Shown here: one piece after another, positions 20,001 through 27,947 of the stretch | Layout of the letters: the number at the start of each line of letters is the position of its first letter | How positions within the stretch are numbered: position 1 is the first letter of the stretch | IMG/VR virus record: IMGVR_UViG_3300042327_000405 | Coordinates: 297 to 64,296 of that record | From: a virus | Lineage: Duplodnaviria > Caudoviricetes | Length of the DNA stretch: 64,000 nucleotides | Strand: one strand, 5' to 3' | The notes under the pieces: generated by a model | Databases searched by the model: none | What the model was told of the DNA's origin: nothing | The model's input: only the letters and a program-made list of their open reading frames with translations | Made by a program: the position numbers and the translations under genes

Positions 20001-22967
20001 TTCTGGAGCCTTTAAAGGAACTGATATTTTTGTTTTATCTTTTGATTTTGCGCCTTGAGAAAACTTAGGAGTTGTTCCCGATCCAAGTCTATTCATGTTT
20101 ACAGTTGTTGGCTCTTTAATTTCAAACCCATCATAGATGCCTGGATTAAGTGTTACAGTTCCAGAGGATGTTACTGTTTTCCCTTGGCTTTCTGAAAACC
20201 TAGTCTTAATTTCATATCCTGCAATATAAGGTTTTCCAGTTGCTGGATTTATTGTTGATGCTGCTTTGTCAAGTATTGCCTTACTTGTTTCTGGAGTTGT
20301 TCCTAGTCCTTGCCCCATATTAAATCTAACATCTGCTGCATATAGTTGTCTAGACTTTATATATCCTGGATCATTTGGGCTTATTCTTTTTGGAAGTTCC
20401 TTTTCATATAAATGTTTCAGTAGGTCATCATTAACCATTTTTGAAGGAGATTCTCTAACTAACTTTAAAAGTTCTCTGTCTAGTGCTTCTGCTTGTACAG
20501 GAGACATTCCAGATGGATGCCATTTTGATGGACCATTTTTTAGCCATTCGTCTATAAATGCTTGTTTAGGAATTCCTTGTCCGTACATTTTTTTATTGAT
20601 CTCAAGAGGGAAATCAAACATCAATCCATGCTTTACGGTTGTTACTGCTGGCAAACCTTGTGACAAAAGAACCTGTTGCATTGTTATAAGTTTTAGTCTT
20701 TGATTCTCACTCATTTCTGGATGAGCCTTGAGTATGTCTGAAATTAATTTAGGTTCGCTTTTACCTCCTACGTGAGTTTCACTCATTGCAACAGGTTGAG
20801 CGTTTGTTGTACCTCCATTAAATCCTTGTACCGTTCCACCTGCAACCATATGAGCAATGAAAGGTCTATTCGCTGGATCTTGTGCAGCCTCTGCTGGAAT
20901 TACTGCTTCTCCAGGAGTAAGTACTGATGGAACAGTATCTTTATTTCCAGTTCCTGGAACTCTTGTTGTTCCAGTAGAATATTTAAGTTTAGGCATTCTT
21001 TTACCAGCAGGTGGGCCAGTAAATCCTGCCTGTGCTGCAATGGCTCTTCTATATGCATTTGCCAACATGTTAACTGCTGTGGTTTCAGATGTAAAGGTTT
21101 GCTTAAGTTTAGTGTGAACTTGATCAAGAGATGCTGCTACTGCTGAGGCTTCTAGTTGTTCTTTAGTTAAATAGTTTGTTTGCTCGCCTAAAACTTTACT
21201 AGCGTTTCCTGTTCTGTTGTACATAGACTTCATCCCTGCAAACATTTTAATTATGTTAGCAACAGCGTTTGCAATCAGACCAAATGTCATAAGTAGAACT
21301 GGACCTATTCCTGCAACTGCAACAGTAAAGATTGTTAAGAATTTTTTACTACCGTCTCCTAGACCATTAAATTTTTCAAGAATCTTTCCAACAAACTCAA
21401 CAATAGGTGTTAGTGCTTTTAAGAACTGTTCTCCAACTGGAGCAATAGCCAACTTAAGATCTTCCATTGACTTTTTAAATTTATAAGTTGTTGTATTTTG
21501 AATCTTATCTAATTCTCGCTGTGACAAGATTGCAAGTTCTTCTGTGGTTGCTTGTGTTAGTTGAAGAACTCTGTTTGCTTGCGTACCCTGGGCTACTACG
21601 TTTTGAAATAATGTAGAAAGTCTTGAGAACTGAAACTTACCAAACAGTTGCTCAATAGCACGAGCACGGTTAAGGGGATCAAGAGTGTCTAGTGCCTGTG
21701 CAAATCCAACAACAGTTGCTTTGATGTCACCCTTATTGGACTCAACAATTCCTCGAATGTTTACACCAAGGTCTCCAAGAAATGCACTGGCTTTTGCAGA
21801 AGGATTAATTAATGAAGCAAGACCAGACTTAAGTGCGTTAGCGCCTTCTGATGCATTGATTCCACCTTCTTTCATTGCTGTAAGGAAGAATGCTAAATCT
21901 TCTACATCTCCACCAAGTTGTTGAATAACTGGTCCAGCCTTTGGAATTGCTATGGTCAAGTCTTCAATTGATACAACGGTCTGGTTTTCAACTGCGTTAA
22001 GGAAGTCAATCTTTTTAGCAAGATCTTCTGTTGCTACTCCAAATGCATTAGTTACTGATATTGTTGTTTCTAATGCTTGTTCTTGTTCTACTCCACCAAG
22101 AACAGCAAGTCTTGTTGCTTGTGCAACTTGAGCCATAAGGGCTGCGCCCTGTTTACCCATTGCTGCTGCATCTGCAGCCATTTTCATTGTATCTTCTATT
22201 GCAACGCCGTACTTAGTATATTCTTTTGCAAGACTTTGAATCTGCTTAATCATTGCATCGGTTTCTTCTGTAGATGTAAACATTTCTCCGTATACACGCT
22301 TAAATCTAATTGCCTGCTCTTCAAGTTTCATGAATGTCTTAGAAGCAGTTACTCCAAGCATTGTCAGTGGAACTGTAAAACCAACCATCAACTGGCGACC
22401 TGCCCACTGAGTATTCTTACCAAAATTTAGAAGGTTGGTTGATCCTTGTTTTAATAATTGATTGAGTAGTTGCTGTCTTTGTGCAGCAATGGCAGTTTGT
22501 GTGCCAAGATTTTTCATGTCAAGAGTTAGAGGTCTTACTGCAATTGACTGTAGGGCTCCGTTGGCCCCTCGACCCATCTTAATATATTGGGTCTGTAGAT
22601 CCTTTACACGCTCTCGTGCAACTTTATTTAATGTGTCAAACTCAGATCTAAATAGTCTACCAAAAGTTTTTGTTGCAGCGCCAGTGTATCTAAAGTATTC
22701 TCTTGAGGTTAACTTATTTCTTTCTAAGGCATCAGTAAAAGACTCTGTACTCGATGTTACTGTTCGCATTGATGCTTGGAATTGTCCAGTAGCATTTATG
22801 CTGTTCATCAAGTTTTGTGCTTGATTTGCTGCCACTGCTGATGCTGCAGTGCCAGACTTTGCCATCTGTGTATGGAAGGCTGATATTTGACGTTGTAGAA
22901 GTTTTAGACTTGCTAAAGCATCGGACGTATCAATATTTACATGAATATTGGATTCTACATCAGCCAT
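14085..22967 (-). CDS. Tape measure protein (2960 aa) with inserted domains
   Basis: Very long, Ala-rich helical protein with a TP901-type N-terminal region, hydrophobic segments and coiled coils; follows the tail chaperones. Confidence 0.95.
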   Translation of the reverse strand: MADVESNIHVNIDTSDALASLKLLQRQISAFHTQMAKSGTAASAVAANQAQNLMNSINATGQFQASMRTVTSSTESFTDALERNKLTSREYFRYTGAATKTFGRLFRSEFDTLNKVARERVKDLQTQYIKMGRGANGALQSIAVRPLTLDMKNLGTQTAIAAQRQQLLNQLLKQGSTNLLNFGKNTQWAGRQLMVGFTVPLTMLGVTASKTFMKLEEQAIRFKRVYGEMFTSTEETDAMIKQIQSLAKEYTKYGVAIEDTMKMAADAAAMGKQGAALMAQVAQATRLAVLGGVEQEQALETTISVTNAFGVATEDLAKKIDFLNAVENQTVVSIEDLTIAIPKAGPVIQQLGGDVEDLAFFLTAMKEGGINASEGANALKSGLASLINPSAKASAFLGDLGVNIRGIVESNKGDIKATVVGFAQALDTLDPLNRARAIEQLFGKFQFSRLSTLFQNVVAQGTQANRVLQLTQATTEELAILSQRELDKIQNTTTYKFKKSMEDLKLAIAPVGEQFLKALTPIVEFVGKILEKFNGLGDGSKKFLTIFTVAVAGIGPVLLMTFGLIANAVANIIKMFAGMKSMYNRTGNASKVLGEQTNYLTKEQLEASAVAASLDQVHTKLKQTFTSETTAVNMLANAYRRAIAAQAGFTGPPAGKRMPKLKYSTGTTRVPGTGNKDTVPSVLTPGEAVIPAEAAQDPANRPFIAHMVAGGTVQGFNGGTTNAQPVAMSETHVGGKSEPKLISDILKAHPEMSENQRLKLITMQQVLLSQGLPAVTTVKHGLMFDFPLEINKKMYGQGIPKQAFIDEWLKNGPSKWHPSGMSPVQAEALDRELLKLVRESPSKMVNDDLLKHLYEKELPKRISPNDPGYIKSRQLYAADVRFNMGQGLGTTPETSKAILDKAASTINPATGKPYIAGYEIKTRFSESQGKTVTSSGTVTLNPGIYDGFEIKEPTTVNMNRLGSGTTPKFSQGAKSKDKTKISVPLKAPELVDLEKAMEHKEKLRAVAIEASQTTYGAKKPTNFGKQETQSSGRSNFMSTIGGVYTKPDGSKVFVKPMLSELDAIAEKRATEIARNVHGLVAPKQKITTMIDPTDIDEPDVNKKRKVIVLESKFDPRFDPNTMPKTFTERDYFRQLVASSLRADKDLKKGNLGGNVIADVGAAGVFDKASGTRSYSAGLPSMQEIAMHNLKGVPGANANASPFWFGNATADIPQGIKSADQYEKTIKDEINKTLPKLRKTIDGFKLADGDPAKKVYEDMYKRLQAGLEADWKKVYHFHRSILVKPDEVLQDKNGNIKPIPTEPNTVNLKSTSGKTDDSRLAPKSVVKAVRQGPKGRIVGKADAPDINISEQDLARNYPRGVKRLVDPAGAVVAGAKSSIAEAKTVGSTIGTTLSQSAAAASRTALYGGGSIDADAKSVRRQMEKRQREEARTQAKITASRTKLYGTGPMDADAKSLRRQEEKRTKLANSVGYQKKIFQSQPAGPMQGPLLPSGNFTPTRLDKAKLKAGSMISKRQQARAAGKGGMGMAGGLGVAAGAAMVGSMAPGKVGEISQKVMMPLMGLSMVLPMLKSPMGAVAVGLAATVGSFVALRMAFDAAANKVLEENEKFRGSTSAVNAIAKFSGKVTASEQMDLKRKNSFNMTPSATGKTTYGEAFVQTEEGKGITKRLAEQNAAGKGGQAVGDLSSQLTTSVMSGAMDINQAKSLAMNAARQAGDVSMGIRVIAQMEKVLGPNGEDLEKNPLKVRTDMVAENSKRMQASAKNVNNAGTMTKLAGQSTVQKAGIGAAALGGAALGAAIGSVVPILGTAVGAIIGGGIGAAAGAIGGYFATKRFAKQAGALGAAYAVDSKIAMEQNKQMLDSFDMFYQKKIDQLKLQGKINEAEEMQTKYIGERDKLTAAQGQLQADVVTQYNGAGAMQEAMMGGMKKAVTAKYKDDPNQLAYIDVVDQQAANLRKDGLIDSGQEFLIQAKMASGDIPPAVFRSLLGLAADNKDIAPKMMNIITKFSGATSESIGVAAQNILDSKGVVNKTVQTKFVTKVEAFEKDSDALDFTKNMIKLNNLNAVIPSDVLVSYYVDPKNKEQYEKLNTMLDSIEGNKDLTAEIVYNIIPNIEGTAAFDEAYFNTLTEDQQKTYTQTIASIINIPDPEIVATQDFIDWQKSPTTMIQGKAYGGADYASLPIATQVAHYKEDQGFKAVTEGVAVDTKAPTGTTPTGGGSKVQSSPLDDLVKKLRDVRKNQIKVTEGWSASRKALDGLFGGKKTLDAFSGIENDIRKIGGSEDLISLIVGMDPKEYESKKRSLFEFDNKDNIIGLKKDAKNIQEALNSIAMGDFNSKTEAETNVIEDQAIAFAKLSSIGVPVADAYAMVENAGLAQAIAMEKNSKSVATLAKNYNVLTKAQLRSAAVKGVGTDIDQFKKDRTKEARIRKKYSASTARAINSDENLSLMETEIGTQQSKVNSLIKKGADKEVIATAQAELNKLITDFDTRLKQLKGTIEFMQDMFNDGFGNAMEAFDVQETALNIKFKLDTKSQEDVMKKAQEDIALIQYKVDDKEAALKAIEDQEQKINDKYDERIKALDEVEKANAAISNQQRGQLTLAEALTSGDIAAAARAAQDMRAQQAADAVTKQKDAIEQSRQYELDGVTGVDKMGSTDKSLWKTKTRKELEKEIKTLQDEVFQIEEDRIEPAQEFVRLRQIQLDKDIAGLTVLGNTRDAWEKIKNEVDLAMINSNKFIESMKLALATVPDLKAAFAAEQTVGNDPILGSAYTPPTPAEVVGAPASETKPAVATATVAKVPAAKPPAAKPPAAKPPAAKPPAVNKPTPSNFNYGQNNAPTFKPAVVPPSRTTPQGVLSKLKAIGLMSSGGMVPKYFAAGGFARGTDIVPAMLTPGEFIMSKYAVDSYGVDNLKKINNGDATGAAVYNNTYTLTVNARTDANPNEIAQAVMSTIKQVEDRRIRGIGINAR
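14528..14594. repeat. Perfect 15-nt tandem repeat (about 4.5 copies) encoding KPPAA in the tape measure C-terminus
   Basis: ctgcaggtggtttcg x4 plus a partial copy. Confidence 0.9.
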
Positions 22968-22985
22968 CCATTAACACCTCTTTAT

Positions 22986-23312
22986 TTAGTTATTTGCAAG
23001 GTTGCCAAGTAGTGATGCGTCAGAAAGTTTAATTCCTGATGCCTCTTCGACAATCTTGTATACTGTTGGAAGGTCTAGGTTTTCTTCTAGGGCTTCCTTG
23101 TCTTCTGCCAATTCTGGCTTGTATTGTTTCATTGCGATTTGAACACAGTCCATAAGTAAGTCCATAGACTTTTCGTTATCATCTGCAACTTTTGCAATGT
23201 CTTCAAACTTCTTCATAAACGGACGAAGTAGTGAAATTTTAAGTGGTCTGACCTTGATCTTAGTACCATCAATTAGTGTTACGGTCTTCTCTTCTGTTGT
23301 GGCAGTTGCCAT
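22986..23312 (-). CDS. Tail assembly chaperone, short (G-like)
   Basis: Directly upstream of the tape measure; SD AAGGAGG; paralogous to the N-terminus of 23368-24048. Confidence 0.8.
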   Translation of the reverse strand: MATATTEEKTVTLIDGTKIKVRPLKISLLRPFMKKFEDIAKVADDNEKSMDLLMDCVQIAMKQYKPELAEDKEALEENLDLPTVYKIVEEASGIKLSDASLLGNLANN

Positions 23313-23367
23313 TTAGTCCTCCTTATAAGGTTTAGTCAATTATACCATAGCGGAGCGTTATTTTTGA

Positions 23368-24048
23368 TTAATCGTAAACCTCATAGTCTAGCCCCATTCC
23401 AATTCCAAACCCCGCTCTTTCGGCGTTGGCGCCCTGCAATGCAAGAATATCTCTTCCATCTTGCGTTTTCCCTCCACTAAAGACTCTAGCCTTCATGTCT
23501 TCCCATTCATTTCCACTTCCAGAGTTCTTATCTAAATCTACCCCTTGCATCGCAGCAACAAATTTTTTATCACTATAGTCTAATTCTCTTTTTATTTTTA
23601 ATGTGGCTGTCAGTTCTTGCATTGACATTGATGATTCTAGTTGATCATAGTCTTTCCATATACCGATTAAAAAAACCTCTGCTTCTAATTTTGCTAAATC
23701 TAATGTGTCCCATGTGGATCCGCTTTCAACTGCCTGATCCTTAACAGTATCTTCTGACTTTTGGTTAATTTTAATTCCCGCTGCTACATCAATTACTTCA
23801 TATATGGTTGGCAAGTCAAGGTTATCTTCTAGATCTTCTATTGTTTTAATTGATGGGCAATACTGTTGCATTGCTATTAAAGCGCATTTGGCCAAGACTG
23901 ATATTGATTCATCATCTGTTTTTGCTTCTTTTATTGTTTCAAAAGTTTCTAGGAATTCTCTTAGATATTTTATTTTTAGTGGAGCAGCAACAACTACTCT
24001 ATCGTCTACTAATGATATTTTTTTTGTGTCATATATTTTAGTTGCCAT
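23368..24048 (-). CDS. Tail assembly chaperone, long (GT-like)
   Basis: Start revised to MATKIYD, 6 nt after TGGTATACT; N-terminal half matches the short chaperone. Confidence 0.75.
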   Translation of the reverse strand: MATKIYDTKKISLVDDRVVVAAPLKIKYLREFLETFETIKEAKTDDESISVLAKCALIAMQQYCPSIKTIEDLEDNLDLPTIYEVIDVAAGIKINQKSEDTVKDQAVESGSTWDTLDLAKLEAEVFLIGIWKDYDQLESSMSMQELTATLKIKRELDYSDKKFVAAMQGVDLDKNSGSGNEWEDMKARVFSGGKTQDGRDILALQGANAERAGFGIGMGLDYEVYD

Positions 24049-24063
24049 TATATAAGTATACCA

Positions 24064-24096
24064 AACAGAAAGGCCCAACCCCGAAGGATTGAGCCT
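24064..24096 (-). terminator. Intrinsic terminator after the major tail protein
   Basis: AGGCTCAATCC-TTCG-GGGTTGGGCCT followed by TTCTGTT. Confidence 0.85.
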
Positions 24097-24112
24097 CTCA
24101 TATTAAGTTGTA

Positions 24113-24787
24113 TTATGCTAGGGAACGGTCTACGATCTTACCATATGACGCATTGTCATTTGGAAGAAGACGGAATGAAACCTCAAACATTGTTGCTTCA
24201 TCGCGCTTTGCAGATACTGTTACATTCTCAATTGAGAGTGCACGGTATGCTACATAGATTCTTTCCTTTGGATCTAGAGAAGAACCAGAACCTGGTCCTA
24301 CTGCTACAATACCACGCTCTAGTGGAACGTCACCAATGTCGCCTGCAGACATCTTGAGAGTCTGTAGACCTGATGCCTCTGGAGATAAGTCTCCACCAAC
24401 TCCACCTTTTCCTGCAATCGCAACTAGAAGATTTTCTAGTGTTGATTCAGCAAAAGATGTATTTAGATTAACTGTCATACCTTGCTTGAATAAACGAGCA
24501 ACGTCGAGAAGTTGATCTACTGCTACGTCACCAAAATCTGGTTGGAATGCGAGTTCCAAACCATTTGATGTGTAACCGATGTTTGTATAGCCAGCGCCTG
24601 TTACGGAGTCTGACAAAGTATCCTTGTAGGATGTTGAGGATGCTGTAAGTGCTGGAAGGTCTGTTGCTGCTTGAGCATCAGTGATCTTGCCATCTACTTC
24701 ATTGTATCCGATTGGACCTGCATTATGTGTAAAAAGTGCTGCTGCACCCACGATAATGTTACTACTTGAACCACGGCTGTATGCCAT
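24113..24787 (-). CDS. Major tail (tube) protein
   Basis: NIIVGAA...GYTSNG...VDQLLD; start MAYSRG with SD GAGGTG; followed by a terminator. Confidence 0.85.
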   Translation of the reverse strand: MAYSRGSSSNIIVGAAALFTHNAGPIGYNEVDGKITDAQAATDLPALTASSTSYKDTLSDSVTGAGYTNIGYTSNGLELAFQPDFGDVAVDQLLDVARLFKQGMTVNLNTSFAESTLENLLVAIAGKGGVGGDLSPEASGLQTLKMSAGDIGDVPLERGIVAVGPGSGSSLDPKERIYVAYRALSIENVTVSAKRDEATMFEVSFRLLPNDNASYGKIVDRSLA

Positions 24788-24853
24788 ATATCTCACCTCT
24801 TTCATTTTATTAAAAGGGGGTTGTTTCCTCAAATCAATTATACAGCCTTTTTA

Positions 24854-25390
24854 TTATGCTGGTAATTCTAGTGGGTGCCAGTCGTAGTCTATAATTATCT
24901 TATTCCCCGCATAGGTACGGGCTGTGCCAAAGTCTACAATATCTCTGGTTTCTTCTAGTTGATAGATCTTGAAGTTATGAAAGAATACAGGCTTAGAGTC
25001 TATGGTCTGATAATCTAGGTTTGCTTGGGCCCATTCATTAAGGTCTTTTGCTGAGTCGTCACCATTGTCAAGCAAGTCACTTACCTGTTGTTGGGTTATA
25101 ACCATATTTCTCTGTGCGTTGTCTCCTACTGAATAAAAATAGTAAAGAAGTTGCTCACACTTAATATATGGAAATGGAGTTCTTCTCATTTTAAACATTC
25201 TGTCATATACCCCAAAGACCCCATTGCTTTGTGGAAATGTTTCAGTCAAAGCATCAATTTCTGTTGGAAGTGTTGGGAAAAAATATGTTGTTCCAATGCT
25301 TGTGTTTGTATCTGGGTTAAAGTTTGGACTTATCTTTGCTGCCAGATAAGCATTAATAATTGTAGGTGGATGATGAATTACTGCAGCCAT
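24854..25390 (-). CDS. Tail terminator / head-tail completion protein
   Basis: Synteny: immediately upstream of the major tail gene. Confidence 0.55.
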   Translation of the reverse strand: MAAVIHHPPTIINAYLAAKISPNFNPDTNTSIGTTYFFPTLPTEIDALTETFPQSNGVFGVYDRMFKMRRTPFPYIKCEQLLYYFYSVGDNAQRNMVITQQQVSDLLDNGDDSAKDLNEWAQANLDYQTIDSKPVFFHNFKIYQLEETRDIVDFGTARTYAGNKIIIDYDWHPLELPA

Positions 25391-26064
25391 TATGCACCCA
25401 TCCCTGCGTTAGCAATCCATCGGTATCCAGTTGATAGGCCTTTTGCCTTACCCATTCTTTTACCTGCTGGCATATTCTTTTTATATACCTGTGGATTTTC
25501 AAGATATTTTGCTATACCACTTGTTCTTAAAAATGCTTGTGAAAAATACTTATTGAAAAACATATCAAAGGCTTTTTCAAAACCACCTTCTACTTCTGTT
25601 CCTCCAGGATTCATTACCTGCACTGGACCTCTAGTAAATATAGTTTCTCCACCATCCTCAAATGCTAAAACCTGTGCAACCTTTGGTCTAATTGTAACTG
25701 GAATTCCATACTCCATAATTCTTGCTTTGTCATAGAATGGTGTACGAGATCCATCCTTAATAGATGTTGACTGTCTAAATGATGACCGAAAAGATAACCC
25801 TAGATTGCTAGTTGTGTAAGATATATCATACAGTCTTGCATCTGGGCTTCCAGTCATAGTCCACTCATAAACATGGTGAAGCATTTCAGGATTAACTCTT
25901 GCGTTAGAGTCTATAAATTCTTTCATTACCTCTACTGTTTCCATGCCTAATGTTTTTAGAAATACAGTCTTTCCTCTTTGAACTCCTTCTAGAAATCCTA
26001 TAGAGTAGTCAATAATATTGCTCATATCTTTCTTAAATTGTTTTGAGTTAAATGTTGTTATCAT
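25390..26064 (-). CDS. Neck / tail completion protein
   Basis: Synteny in the head-tail module; LHHVYEW motif. Confidence 0.55.
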   Translation of the reverse strand: MITTFNSKQFKKDMSNIIDYSIGFLEGVQRGKTVFLKTLGMETVEVMKEFIDSNARVNPEMLHHVYEWTMTGSPDARLYDISYTTSNLGLSFRSSFRQSTSIKDGSRTPFYDKARIMEYGIPVTIRPKVAQVLAFEDGGETIFTRGPVQVMNPGGTEVEGGFEKAFDMFFNKYFSQAFLRTSGIAKYLENPQVYKKNMPAGKRMGKAKGLSTGYRWIANAGMGA

Positions 26065-26510
26065 ACATCACCTGACTGATTCTCTGATCTTCTTATTACC
26101 AACTTGTAAGATTCAACTACGCCAAATGGGCCAGTAAAAGGTTCGTAGGTCGCTACTTCAAACAAGGTGCCTTTGCCAGATCTAGGACCTGAAGTCTCCA
26201 TATAAATAAGGTTTCCTTCTTGATCTTTAATGTCAGATATTAATATGTTAGTTAAAGCATTTTTGCTATCTAGCAAAGAAATTCTAATGTCTGATTTTGC
26301 TCTTCCAATAAGGATTGAGTTTTGAGTTATGTTTACATTTGGTTTTACTTCTTCTTTAAATGCTGATCCTCCTGAAGAAAAACTACAAGCAAAAACTCTG
26401 TCAAGCACCCAATGTTTTTTTATTGCACCAAATTCACCTTGATCAACTATTGGATGATACACAGATGCTTGCATTGGAAACATAAAGTCTGGTGTTTCAC
26501 AAACTGTCAT
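26061..26510 (-). CDS. Head-to-tail stopper
   Basis: Synteny and size (149 aa). Confidence 0.55.
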   Translation of the reverse strand: MTVCETPDFMFPMQASVYHPIVDQGEFGAIKKHWVLDRVFACSFSSGGSAFKEEVKPNVNITQNSILIGRAKSDIRISLLDSKNALTNILISDIKDQEGNLIYMETSGPRSGKGTLFEVATYEPFTGPFGVVESYKLVIRRSENQSGDV

Positions 26511-27406
26511 TATAACACCCCAAGTTTTGTAATAGACTTAGTATACTTTGAAAGTATCTTGTCTACAATTATGTTTCCTGTTCCTTCGAAAAGACCCTTA
26601 TCAAACTGAATTCTATATTGATCTGTGTTATAAGAAGAAATAAATCTCTTGTAGTAATCTAATTTTCCGCACTCTAGGTCATGGATTAACATCTCTGTTG
26701 CTCTAATAATGTCTGACGGCACTGCTGTATATCCATATTCAACAGTTATTAGGTAATCCCATGTTTTACCAAACCCTCTGTATATAAACTGTGGGTCTAG
26801 AGAATCTGATGCTGCAGCAGGTAAAACTAATGGGGAAGACTCTGCACGATTAATGTTGTCTGATGACTTCTCAATGATTGCTGTTTTGTCTGATGATACT
26901 TCGTATTCTCTATCTTCTACTAATTTGTTGTTTTCGTATACCGCTAAAACCTTTTTTACGTCATCCCAGATTGGCAGATAGTCTGCTCCAGTTCCCGTAA
27001 AATGTAAAACTTTTTTCTTATAATAAAATCCTTCTATAACTATTGAGTCAATAATTGCTCTTGCAATTTCTTCATTTGCTGTATAGGTAGCAATGTCTGA
27101 TGCTGTAGATGCTTTTCTTGATGGATCTACGTATGGTCTTACGATTTCATAAGTTTCATCTTGAAGAATTACTTCTCCAACTGCCCCAAGATTTTTAACA
27201 ATTTCAACCCTATATGAAGAGTCGTATTTTCCTGACAAAGATATATCAATAGTATTCCCTGCTGATTTGTTTAAAAATGTTAATGTCGATATTGAAAGAT
27301 CCGCCATATCTGTTATGTTAACAGTTATTGTCGATGATGTTATTCCCGCAGGAACCACAAAATCAACAGATATGTCTGCATATGGCGAAACTCTCAATAT
27401 CTCCAT
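26510..27406 (-). CDS. Head-to-tail adaptor
   Basis: EYGYTAVPSDIIRAT and TGNIIVDKILSKY motifs typical of adaptors. Confidence 0.7.
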   Translation of the reverse strand: MEILRVSPYADISVDFVVPAGITSSTITVNITDMADLSISTLTFLNKSAGNTIDISLSGKYDSSYRVEIVKNLGAVGEVILQDETYEIVRPYVDPSRKASTASDIATYTANEEIARAIIDSIVIEGFYYKKKVLHFTGTGADYLPIWDDVKKVLAVYENNKLVEDREYEVSSDKTAIIEKSSDNINRAESSPLVLPAAASDSLDPQFIYRGFGKTWDYLITVEYGYTAVPSDIIRATEMLIHDLECGKLDYYKRFISSYNTDQYRIQFDKGLFEGTGNIIVDKILSKYTKSITKLGVL

Positions 27407-27412
27407 CTTTAA

Positions 27413-27856
27413 TTACCCTAAACTCTTTTGGACTTCTTCGGGTGTTGCTAAGCGAACATGTGAGCGAGTAAGCCACTTGTCTGCTTGATCTTTTGTTACA
27501 ATATTAACACCTTTGTAAATGGCTCCACTTGCTTCTTCCCAACGAACATTGCTTGTTGAGTAAATAGCAACTTTGTCTCCATTTTGATTTTCTGGTTTAA
27601 TATTTTTTTGTTTACCATCTGCTGCCATGGAGCCAATAGCGCCTGTCTTTGTAAAGCCTAGCGACTGAACTGGTTCTTCTACTGCAGGTGCTTCAACAAC
27701 TGCTTCGGCAACTGGTGCCTCAACAACTGGTGCTTCTGCTTCTACTGCTGGCTCAACAACTGATTCTGCTGCCTGAGCAACTTGCTCTGGAGTTGACCAA
27801 TAGCCTGTAGAAATTTTTTGTTCTTTATCTTCTGAAAATGAATTATTATTTTCCAT
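27413..27856 (-). CDS. Acidic low-complexity virion-associated protein
   Basis: VEAP-rich region; SD AAGGAGG; downstream of the capsid gene. Confidence 0.65.
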   Translation of the reverse strand: MENNNSFSEDKEQKISTGYWSTPEQVAQAAESVVEPAVEAEAPVVEAPVAEAVVEAPAVEEPVQSLGFTKTGAIGSMAADGKQKNIKPENQNGDKVAIYSTSNVRWEEASGAIYKGVNIVTKDQADKWLTRSHVRLATPEEVQKSLG

Positions 27857-27889
27857 TTGTATCCTCCTTGTTTGTATTATATCATTAAA

Positions 27890-27930
27890 GTATTAAGGGG
27901 GACAGGAGAGTGAACTCCCGCCCCCCATTA
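27890..27930 (-). terminator. Hairpin terminator after the major capsid gene
   Basis: GGGGGGCGGGAG-TTCA-CTCTCCTGTCCCCC. Confidence 0.75.
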
Positions 27931-27947
27931 AAGGTACTGTTTACAGA

